Assembly (NCBI GenBank): GCA_041747555.1 | Contig: JBGTEY010000006.1 | Location: 1-43,974, forward strand | Direction of reading: 5' to 3' | From: Patescibacteria group bacterium | GTDB lineage: Bacteria > Patescibacteriota > Microgenomatia > UBA1400 > PJMF01 | Length of the DNA: 43,974 bases | Shown: positions 1 through 8,999 of the stretch, in pieces | Layout: each line of letters opens with the position of its first letter | How positions within the stretch are numbered: position 1 is the stretch's first letter | Notes under the pieces: generated by a model | Told to the model about the DNA's origin: nothing | Seen by the model: the letters and a program-made list of their open reading frames with translations, nothing else | Databases searched by the model: none | Made by a program: the position numbers and the translations under genes

Positions 1-1
1 A

Positions 2-30
2 AGAGCGGCTGCTTGAAACGCAGCCGCTCT
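2..30 (-). terminator. Probable intrinsic terminator hairpin downstream of groEL
   Basis: Perfect 11-bp inverted repeat AGAGCGGCTGC (2-12) / GCAGCCGCTCT (20-30) with a 7-nt loop, 46 nt past the groEL stop. The U-tract expected on the minus strand would lie beyond the window edge and cannot be seen. Confidence 0.5.
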
Positions 31-75
31 CTCTCAATTCAATTCAATTGATCTATCGCTATTTTTAAGCAACGA

Positions 76-1734
<1,659 letters not shown>

Positions 1735-1748
1735 TCATCTAAAATCTA

Positions 1749-2060
1749 TTATTTTTTACTAATTACTGCGAGTACGTCATCAAACTTCAAAAATTGATAC
1801 TCAATCTCATCAACTTTAAATTCATTACCACCCCATTTTTTATAAATAACCACGTCACCTTTTTTGACAGGGCACGCTACCTTCACTCCATCAATGTGTG
1901 TGTCTGCGCCGCAAGAAAGTACGGTACCATATTGAGGTTTTTCATCAACTGAATCCGGTAGTACCAGGCCAGAAGCGGTTTCTTTTTCTGCGGCTGCGGG
2001 CTCAACGAGCACGTATCCAGGGAGTGGGCTAACTTGTTTTATAGAAAATGTGTTGGTCAT
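1749..2060 (-). CDS. groES: Co-chaperonin GroES (Cpn10), 103 aa
   Basis: ORF 1749-2132. Start moved to ATG at 2060 (MTNTFSIKQVSPLPGYVLVEP...) with GGAG upstream. Typical Cpn10 length and motifs (P..D.VLV, GLVLP, GDVVIY.K..G). Confidence 0.95.
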   Translation of the reverse strand: MTNTFSIKQVSPLPGYVLVEPAAAEKETASGLVLPDSVDEKPQYGTVLSCGADTHIDGVKVACPVKKGDVVIYKKWGGNEFKVDEIEYQFLKFDDVLAVISKK

Positions 2061-2140
2061 ATGACTCCTTTTTCTTATATTTGTACCAAAAATATCACTA
2101 GCAGGAACTTTGAGGGCAAGTTTGAATAGCAATCAACAGA

Positions 2141-2163
2141 ATTAACTGCTAGTAGCAGTTAGT
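2141..2163 (-). terminator. Near-perfect palindrome between the SPFH gene stop and groES; candidate terminator or operator
   Basis: AACTGCTA (2144-2151) g TAGCAGTT (2153-2160), extendable to 11-bp arms with one G-T. A third direct copy of AACTGCTA at 2170-2177 overlaps the SPFH stop codon. No strong U-tract follows on the minus strand. Confidence 0.3.
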
Positions 2164-2174
2164 GTAATCAACTG

Positions 2175-2801
2175 CTAATTATCTGTCAACAGGGAATCGT
2201 GGGGTGGATGCTCTTGAACGACAAGTTCGCTCTGGCGTCCATTACTGACAACTTTTACTTGAGAAAGTAGAAAACCTTCACACTCAAGTCCGCGATCTTT
2301 GAAGTACTTGTTAAGCTCATCTTTGATGATTACTTCCACCTGATTTCTGTTTTGTTTAATCTGGGGAACAGTTAAATCTGCAAAAATTCGAGCCATGCTG
2401 CTTCTTGAGAATGGACGAACAACCTTAGAAACCACATTTTCACCAATATTTTCCCAGAGCTCTGGTGCATTATTACGGTCAACTCTAAAAAGAATCGATC
2501 CTTCAACCTGAATGTCTTCACCATCCTTGGTATTAGTCATGATTGGCAAGTCACCGAGCGCTTCTTTATTCTTGGAAGTATCAAAATGCTCTCTAATGGA
2601 ATACTCGAGAATTTGTGCGTTAAATAATTTGGCAACTTGCCAGAATGGAATTTTAAAATGAAGTCCAGGACCCCAAACTCGAGGTAAAACACCACGTCCA
2701 CGGTCATAGACGCACGCCACGTGACCAGGAGGTACTGAGATAAAAAAGCCGCCAACGACTTCGTCTACAAGGAAAGATACTACTAATCGATCAAATTCCA
2801 T
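2175..2801 (-). CDS. SPFH/band-7 (prohibitin/stomatin-like) domain protein, 208 aa
   Basis: N-terminal hydrophobic segment followed by SPFH-like sequence (VPPGHVACVYDRGRGVL...GPGLHFKIPFWQ...). ATG at 2801. Confidence 0.8.
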   Translation of the reverse strand: MEFDRLVVSFLVDEVVGGFFISVPPGHVACVYDRGRGVLPRVWGPGLHFKIPFWQVAKLFNAQILEYSIREHFDTSKNKEALGDLPIMTNTKDGEDIQVEGSILFRVDRNNAPELWENIGENVVSKVVRPFSRSSMARIFADLTVPQIKQNRNQVEVIIKDELNKYFKDRGLECEGFLLSQVKVVSNGRQSELVVQEHPPHDSLLTDN

Positions 2802-2809
2802 AACACCTT

Positions 2810-2838
2810 ATTGTACTAAATCTTGACCTCGCTGTCAC
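2810..2838 (-). promoter_or_regulatory. Candidate sigma70-type promoter of the SPFH gene, with a very short leader
   Basis: On the minus strand: GTGACA (2838-2833), 17-nt spacer, TACAAT (2815-2810), then 8 nt to the ATG at 2801. Confidence 0.4.
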
Positions 2839-2847
2839 CAGGGCGGT

Positions 2848-3621
2848 TTATTTTTGAGAAACTACGATTATTTCATCACTACTTGAAACTTCTTCGTCCT
2901 CAGCCTCTTGACCATATGATTTAAACTTGCGATACGCAATTTGAATGAGTTTGAAAAGTATGCTGAATGACAATGATGTTATGACAAATAACTTTTTCCC
3001 AGCGGGCAAACTCATGAATATTACAAATGCCACCACTGGAAGGACAAGTTGCAAGCGAACGACTTCTTTCTTGGAAACAGGGAATGGTGATGAGTAGAGT
3101 GAAATTACCTCAAGTAAAAAGATGAGGAGCGACTGAATCAAGTTAAGAATTAAACTCGTATGGGTCAAATCATACCGATTCAGAAACATTAAATTAAAAG
3201 GCAAATGAACATCTGGCATTTGACTATAAATCAAATGCAGATCCTCACCTCCAAGCCCTGTGGCAAAGATTTTCCAGAGCATGATAGCAATAGTCACTTG
3301 AATTGTTAAATTGAATAGTTCTGAAAAAAGTACCCTGCGATTAGTCTTGAGCACTTTTTTACGCTCTTTTTCTTTACGAATTGGATCATCACTATATATT
3401 TCTTCAATCTCTTTGACTTTTTCAGAAATTTCGCGACGTTCTTTTTCTGAACGCTCCCCAGCAATTGAGAGCGGCAGCAACAAAAATCGGATGAGAATGG
3501 TCAAAAATATGACAGCAATTCCCATATCTGGGTTCTCCATGACCAAACCTAGAAGCCAGTAGAAAAACACCAATATATTGAGGAACGGTTGATAGATAAC
3601 AGTAATAAATAGGCTAATCAT
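2848..3621 (-). CDS. yidC: Membrane protein insertase YidC/Oxa1 family (short form), 257 aa
   Basis: Multi-TM protein with a YidC-like core (IAVIFLTILIRFLLLPLS...; basic loop KVKEIEEIY..DP.RKEKERKKVLK). The ORF-track start at 3678 is a TTG that overlaps the upstream gene by 44 nt. ATG at 3621 removes the overlap, but the exact start is uncertain. Confidence 0.8.
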   Translation of the reverse strand: MISLFITVIYQPFLNILVFFYWLLGLVMENPDMGIAVIFLTILIRFLLLPLSIAGERSEKERREISEKVKEIEEIYSDDPIRKEKERKKVLKTNRRVLFSELFNLTIQVTIAIMLWKIFATGLGGEDLHLIYSQMPDVHLPFNLMFLNRYDLTHTSLILNLIQSLLIFLLEVISLYSSPFPVSKKEVVRLQLVLPVVAFVIFMSLPAGKKLFVITSLSFSILFKLIQIAYRKFKSYGQEAEDEEVSSSDEIIVVSQK

Positions 3622-3634
3622 GAGAATCGCGTGT

Positions 3635-3973
3635 CTATCCTTGTAGGTGTGCCTCTGAATCGTCTGAAATGCCCTCAATCATTGTTAATGCGTCACGAAG
3701 GGTCATGACCAACTCTTGAGAAAGCGCAAGCGATTCCTCATCAAAGGAGACACTGTCGAGGATAAAATTCGATTCATCGACGTAAGAATCAAAAGCTTCA
3801 TTGATAATCTCACCGTACTCCTCAAGCCAGGCAGCTCGATCTTTCTGAGGTTTCAGCAATATTGACTTCAATGACGTTGCAATTTGCTGCAGCTCTCTGG
3901 TCTTTAAAAAAAGGGAGAACTTTGTTGAGCTATTTGCATTGTCTGGCAATGAAAAAAATGGCTTAACGGGCAT
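3635..3973 (-). CDS. Hypothetical acidic protein, 112 aa, first gene of the yidC transcription unit
   Basis: ORF 3635-4021, whose track start is GTG. ATG at 3973 (MPVKPFF...) is preceded by an extended -10 box 6 nt upstream. No recognisable domain; it is not RnpA-like because it is acidic. Confidence 0.55.
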   Translation of the reverse strand: MPVKPFFSLPDNANSSTKFSLFLKTRELQQIATSLKSILLKPQKDRAAWLEEYGEIINEAFDSYVDESNFILDSVSFDEESLALSQELVMTLRDALTMIEGISDDSEAHLQG

Positions 3974-3979
3974 GCATAT

Positions 3980-3988
3980 AGTATACCA
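3980..3988 (-). promoter_or_regulatory. Extended -10 box TGgTATACT, 6 nt upstream of ATG 3973 (leaderless candidate)
   Basis: Plus strand reads agtatacca at 3980-3988, which is TGGTATACT on the minus strand. It is followed by atatgc and then the ATG. Confidence 0.45.
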
Positions 3989-4011
3989 TGTCCTCACTTG
4001 ATAAGGAGCGG

Positions 4012-4017
4012 TATAAT
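4012..4017 (+). promoter_or_regulatory. -10 box TATAAT, 6 nt upstream of ATG 4024 (leaderless candidate) for tsaC-tsaE
   Basis: ggTATAATacacacATG. No good -35 or TGn prefix was seen, so support is weaker than for other sites. Confidence 0.35.
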
Positions 4018-4023
4018 ACACAC

Positions 4024-5127
4024 ATGGATATACTTAAAATTTCAGATACAAGCCTGGAAACCATCATTAACACCACCTGCCAAGTACTGTCGGATGGAGG
4101 TTTGGTTATTTTTCCCACAGAAACTACATATGGCGCTGGAGTCGATGCGACTAATCAAGAAGCTGTTGATCTCCTTCTCGCATATAAGTCTCGTCGTGAA
4201 GGCAAACCGCTCTCAATCGCTGTACCCAACACAAAAAGTTCAGAACGCTACGTAGATCTCAATGATCAAGCACGGGCACTCCATGAGCAGTTCTTGCCTG
4301 GGCCAGTAACTGTCATCTCAAAATCAAAGCACAATTTAGCCTCAGGCATCGAGTCAGAGTTTGGCGCCATAGGAATTAGAATCCCTGACCACGCCCTCAT
4401 GCTCGATATTCTCAAAGCCTTCGGAAAACCGATTACGGCTACCTCTGCAAACGCTTCAGGAAAGAAGCGCCCATATTCGATAGACGATATCCTCAGCAGA
4501 CTCTCAGAAAAGCAAAAATCACTTATTTCGCTGGTTCTCGATGCTGGTGAACTACCACATAATGATCCTTCCACAGTAATTGATACCACGCTCTCCGCAC
4601 CCATCACGCTCAGGCAAGGAACTGCACAACCCCTATCAGGCACTGCTGTTTCTATTGACACATACAACGAGCAAGAGACCAAACAACTCGCTGGCACTAG
4701 CATGCTCAAGCACTGGAACACCATCAGAGATCAAGGACTCCTCGTAACTCTGGACGGTCCCCTTGGTGCAGGAAAGACGATCTTCACCAAAGGTATCGCA
4801 GAATTCTTACAAATACCTGACACAATCACGTCGCCAACATACAACTACATGGAAGAGTATCCCTTTACCCGTCACCAAACGTCAGGGTACCTCCACCACC
4901 TCGATGTCTGGAAGATTGATACTGCTGAACAATTTGCACTACTCCAACCAGAAGAACTCATAACACCTAAAAATATTATTGTCATTGAATGGTTTTCTCA
5001 AATTGAGCCATTTTTAAATGATCATCCTGCATTGTCTTCGTTGCCTCGAGTCACCGTTTTAATTTCTGAACAACCAGATGTATCCAGAACTTTCACCATT
5101 CAAGAATTTAATCTGGATAACTCATGA
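4024..5127 (+). CDS. tsaC-tsaE: Fusion protein: TsaC/YrdC-type threonylcarbamoyl-AMP synthase domain (N-terminal) plus TsaE/YjeE P-loop ATPase domain (C-terminal), 367 aa
   Basis: The N-terminal half is YrdC-like (VIFPTETTYGAGVDA, YKSRREGKPLSI, GIRIPDH, ITATSANASG, PSTVID). The C-terminal ~150 aa are TsaE-like (LDGPLGAGKT Walker A, SPTYNY, HHLDVWKI, VIEW). Start chosen at MDILKI (4024); the alternative is ATG 3988. Confidence 0.85.
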   Translation: MDILKISDTSLETIINTTCQVLSDGGLVIFPTETTYGAGVDATNQEAVDLLLAYKSRREGKPLSIAVPNTKSSERYVDLNDQARALHEQFLPGPVTVISKSKHNLASGIESEFGAIGIRIPDHALMLDILKAFGKPITATSANASGKKRPYSIDDILSRLSEKQKSLISLVLDAGELPHNDPSTVIDTTLSAPITLRQGTAQPLSGTAVSIDTYNEQETKQLAGTSMLKHWNTIRDQGLLVTLDGPLGAGKTIFTKGIAEFLQIPDTITSPTYNYMEEYPFTRHQTSGYLHHLDVWKIDTAEQFALLQPEELITPKNIIVIEWFSQIEPFLNDHPALSSLPRVTVLISEQPDVSRTFTIQEFNLDNS

Positions 5128-6248
5128 AATACGGTCCGATTGTAGCTATCGACACCTCCTGTGATGAAACTTCTGTTGCGGTAACACTCGGCAGAATAAT
5201 GCTTTCAAACGTCATAGCTTCACAAACAGAACTCCACAAACCCTACGGTGGTGTATTCCCAACAGTCGCTAAACAAGCCCACAAAGAAAATATTGGTCCT
5301 GCAATTTCAACCGCGCTCAAAAGAGCTAAGCTCACCATGAATGAAATTACTGCGATTGCAGTCACGCAAGGTCCGGGTCTCGCACCAGCTTTAGAGGTAG
5401 GAATATCCGCAGCAAAAGAGCTGTCAAAAAAATACAACCTCCCACTCATTCCCGTCAATCATTTAGAAGGCCATATTTTATCAATACTCGCACAATCAAA
5501 ACTAATTAGTGCGAATATAAATAGTATGATAAATGAAACTAATATGCCTACATCGGACAATTTAATTGTCTCGCAAATTACAAGCAAAATCCCAATCCTC
5601 GCCATCATAATTTCAGGCGGAAACAGCCAATTTATTTCGATCACTGAGCCTGGTGAATACAAAATTCTCGGTAGCACACTCGATGACGCCGCAGGTGAAT
5701 GTCTCGATAAAGTAGGCCGACTACTCAACCTCGGCTATCCTGCAGGTCTGGTTATGGAGAAATTCGCAAAACTGGGAGACCCGAAACGATTCGAGTTTCC
5801 ATTGCCTATGACTCACACCAAAGATTTCAACTTGAGTTTCTCTGGTCTTAAAACAGCTGCCCGAAACAAACTCGAATATGAACTAGGTGGTAAAACCCTC
5901 ACAAAGACCGAACTATACGATTTCTGTGCATCCTTTCAAAATGCGGTATTTGAGCATATTTCATATAAATTGAACAAGTTATTACAAACGCATGATTTTA
6001 CTGAGGTTTGGCTTTGTGGAGGAGTGGCAGCCAACATGACGCTGCGAAAGATAATTAGAAAAACGATCAAAAATTCAACCACCTCACGACCCGAAACAGT
6101 CATCGTTCGTACCCCACCGAAAAAATCTTTATGTGGGGATAACGCGGTGATGATTGGTTTAGGAGGACAGTTAAAAAGAGAGTTAGGCTATGTACCTGCA
6201 AATAAAAACCAAGTAGAAAGAATTCCCAAACTTACTTTAGGACTCTAA
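5124..6248 (+). CDS. tsaD: tRNA N6-adenosine threonylcarbamoyltransferase TsaD (Kae1/Gcp family), 374 aa
   Basis: IVAIDTSCDETSVAV, VTQGPGLAPAL, VNHLEGH metal motif, GGVAAN near the C-terminus. The start overlaps the tsaC-tsaE stop (ATGA). About 20-30 extra residues follow the HLEGH motif relative to my memory of E. coli TsaD. Confidence 0.93.
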   Translation: MKYGPIVAIDTSCDETSVAVTLGRIMLSNVIASQTELHKPYGGVFPTVAKQAHKENIGPAISTALKRAKLTMNEITAIAVTQGPGLAPALEVGISAAKELSKKYNLPLIPVNHLEGHILSILAQSKLISANINSMINETNMPTSDNLIVSQITSKIPILAIIISGGNSQFISITEPGEYKILGSTLDDAAGECLDKVGRLLNLGYPAGLVMEKFAKLGDPKRFEFPLPMTHTKDFNLSFSGLKTAARNKLEYELGGKTLTKTELYDFCASFQNAVFEHISYKLNKLLQTHDFTEVWLCGGVAANMTLRKIIRKTIKNSTTSRPETVIVRTPPKKSLCGDNAVMIGLGGQLKRELGYVPANKNQVERIPKLTLGL

Positions 6249-6265
6249 AGTTAATCCTGTGACTT

Positions 6266-8923
6266 CTAACTTGTTTGGTCGCTATTTTGCTCTACAAATG
6301 CCGCCCGCAGCTTATCAAAATCAACCTGGAGTTTCATAGTCCTCATCTCTAGTGATTGCTGCTCTTCATCAGTGAATTTATTTTTATTTTTATCACTTCC
6401 TACCCAGGTTACAACAGTTTTAAGACTATTAAGCGTATCTCTCATGGCATTTATATTCTTGGTTGTCAGTTCTTGGGATTCGAGCTGCGCAAACTCATTT
6501 TGAACACGAGCAATGTATTGATCAAAGTACTGATATGAACCAACCTCAGCTCCGTTTTCTGGAGCTGAACCCGCTACCCTAATTTCAGGCATAACCACAT
6601 TAGATTGCGCAGTTCGTTCGCGGCGATCTTGGAGCGCTTTCCTTTTCTTTGCAAGCCAGGGGAAAAACAATTTACTTTTTTCTGCTGCATAGGCAAATGC
6701 TGTTAAAGCAGCACTGCCCCAATCAATCTTACTGGCTTCACCCTCCAGGAAGCTATCGTCATCAACATCCTCAGGACTTACATCAGGAAGGTCCTCTACA
6801 TCTAAGCCTTCATCATCAGGTAGCTCGTCACTTTCTGGAGGATATGCCAATAGTATTTGTCTATTGCTCAACACATTCCTCAGCTCATTGTGGTATATCG
6901 GTAATCGTATTTGTAGGTCTATAATTTTCTGAGATATTTCTTGTAATTTCAATTTTGCTTCTTTACCCTCATTGGGTGTTGCAGCAGCATCAATTTCTTG
7001 AATATATTTATCTGCAAGTGCTAGAAATAGAGGCGCTATTGCTTTATGGAGGTGTCTCGCTCCTGGAGGAATGGGTTCAGTGTAGCGTGATAGCATTTCA
7101 GCAAGGTCATTTTCCAACTCATCAACTTCTAATGCTGAAAAACTGAAAAAATCGACAGGTTCAAAACCAATCGTCGTTGGACCATCATCATGTAACGCTC
7201 TCTTGAGTGGATTCCCAATAATGTTCACTAGCCACAAAGGAATTCTTCCTGGCTTTGATTCTTTAGCCCGCTCAGCCTCGGTGTCTGCCGCAGCATCTTC
7301 AGGCTCTGCTAGATTCTCAATATCGGGTACTGCTGCGGTACTTGGTGGCTCACCCGCATCAGGACCTTTTGAGGGGTCGGTCGGATCTTCTCCACCTGCT
7401 TCACCTGTTGGATCTTGTGAAGTATCTACACCACTGCTTGTTGGATAGTTTCCACGATCAATTCCATCTAGAATATTAAATGTAGGGAGGATGTGTTGGT
7501 TTGAAAATCGCGTAAACTCCTTAAGAACTGCCAGACCGTCGCCGCCAGAAGCATCAATGTCATCAGTAAATGCATCAACCTCTTTGTTTGACACTGCAGT
7601 CTTTATCTCATTCAAAGTAGCAAGTGCAGCTATGAATTCTGGTCTATTTTTGATTTCGTTCCGCATGGCTGCAATTTCAGTAATCGGCATACCAGCAGGA
7701 AACTCTGCAGCAACTGCTGTTGCATATGTCTGCAGCTTGCTCAACGCTTGAATTTGTTCAGCTGAAAGCGCTTCTGTGGGAGTTAATCCTTCTGGTGGCG
7801 GAGCGGTTGGTTCTGTTTCACCGGGGGCCGGTTCTGGAGGCTCTGGATCTTTTTCCACTTTACCTGTTGTTGCAGACTCTGCAGGTGGTTGCACAGTAGT
7901 AGATGTTGGTTTAAATTCCGGAGTTAAAGCTAGAAACTTGCCCGCAAACGGTGCCAATACGTCGCGCCTAAATTGTTTTACTTTTTGACTAAGCTCAGGA
8001 TCATCTGCGTTCTCAGTGTTGGCCATAATAAAATGAGTTAGACTTTTTAGGACTTTCTGTGTGGCAATCCACTTGGCTTTGTCTTTGAGCTCATCCATTT
8101 GACTTGCTTGCTTGGTAACCCAAGCTTCAGCTCTTGCAAGCTTTTCAGCTACGCTCAGTTCGGTTGATGGGGTTTTTTCTGGAACGGGCAGTGCGCCATC
8201 AGGCTCAGTGGGTTCTTCGCCCTTCTTATCACCTACATCATACAGTGATCCATCCGCTACTGAGGCCAAAAAACTCTCTGCATGAGAAATACGTGCTTGA
8301 ATGTCATCTCTTGAATCCTGCAATTGCTCCCCATTAGCAGCTAGGACATTTTTCATTGTATCTACTGCAGCTCTTAATGGTTCGACAAATCCAGCACCTA
8401 CAGTTTGCCTGCCGCTCATGACGTCGGTAGTTCTGCTCGCAGTAACGCGCTCCTTCATTGCATCTATTGCTACTTGCATCTGCTCGCTCTTCTCAACAAT
8501 ATTATCTGGAGTTATCCCCGCCTGTTGAGTTTTTTCAGGTGCTTGTGCTGCGCTTGCACTCTCTTGATCTGCAGCTTGCGCTGTATCAGCAGGGACGTCG
8601 GCGGGTTGGTCAGCTTTAGCAGCACTATCTTCTACAGCATCAGTTTCATCAGGTGGATCAGATTGAAACACTGGAGGTCTCTCCATCCTTAGCATAGCTT
8701 GCTTGGATTGCTTGTCCCTGTACTCTCGCAGCATTTCCTGAGCTGTACGAATACGTACCAATTCTTCACCTGGTTTTCCCTCAGCCTTAGCAATTTTGCT
8801 CAGCGCAGGTTCTGTCGTGGCTGTGGTTGCAGCCTTTGATTCTTGATCACCGTCACCACCACTAGCTTCTTCTCTATCGAGACGAGCAAAGTATTCACCC
8901 ATGTTTTCACCACTTAGATTCAT
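6266..8923 (-). CDS. Large acidic orphan protein rich in Ala/Glu/Pro/Asp, about 885 aa
   Basis: Long uninterrupted ORF (6266-8956). ATG at 8923 has GGAG 5 nt upstream; ATG at 8956 and 8902 are alternatives. No TM segment, signal peptide or known domain recognised. It has low-complexity acidic/proline tracts and helical stretches. Confidence 0.75.
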   Translation of the reverse strand: MNLSGENMGEYFARLDREEASGGDGDQESKAATTATTEPALSKIAKAEGKPGEELVRIRTAQEMLREYRDKQSKQAMLRMERPPVFQSDPPDETDAVEDSAAKADQPADVPADTAQAADQESASAAQAPEKTQQAGITPDNIVEKSEQMQVAIDAMKERVTASRTTDVMSGRQTVGAGFVEPLRAAVDTMKNVLAANGEQLQDSRDDIQARISHAESFLASVADGSLYDVGDKKGEEPTEPDGALPVPEKTPSTELSVAEKLARAEAWVTKQASQMDELKDKAKWIATQKVLKSLTHFIMANTENADDPELSQKVKQFRRDVLAPFAGKFLALTPEFKPTSTTVQPPAESATTGKVEKDPEPPEPAPGETEPTAPPPEGLTPTEALSAEQIQALSKLQTYATAVAAEFPAGMPITEIAAMRNEIKNRPEFIAALATLNEIKTAVSNKEVDAFTDDIDASGGDGLAVLKEFTRFSNQHILPTFNILDGIDRGNYPTSSGVDTSQDPTGEAGGEDPTDPSKGPDAGEPPSTAAVPDIENLAEPEDAAADTEAERAKESKPGRIPLWLVNIIGNPLKRALHDDGPTTIGFEPVDFFSFSALEVDELENDLAEMLSRYTEPIPPGARHLHKAIAPLFLALADKYIQEIDAAATPNEGKEAKLKLQEISQKIIDLQIRLPIYHNELRNVLSNRQILLAYPPESDELPDDEGLDVEDLPDVSPEDVDDDSFLEGEASKIDWGSAALTAFAYAAEKSKLFFPWLAKKRKALQDRRERTAQSNVVMPEIRVAGSAPENGAEVGSYQYFDQYIARVQNEFAQLESQELTTKNINAMRDTLNSLKTVVTWVGSDKNKNKFTDEEQQSLEMRTMKLQVDFDKLRAAFVEQNSDQTS

Positions 8924-8999
8924 ATATTCTCCATTCTGACGCAAACCACTCACCATTGCAAGCAGAGTCGGCTACTGTACTTCATCAAGAATACTCCAT

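Noticed and set aside
33-49. A short tandem repeat (CAATT/AATTC x3) just downstream of groEL
   Set aside because: Only three copies of a pentamer in an AT-rich spacer; no evidence of function.
2061-2174. A CIRCE/HrcA operator upstream of groES
   Set aside because: No match to TTAGCACTC-N9-GAGTGCTAA on either strand. Only the unrelated AACTGCTA palindrome is present.
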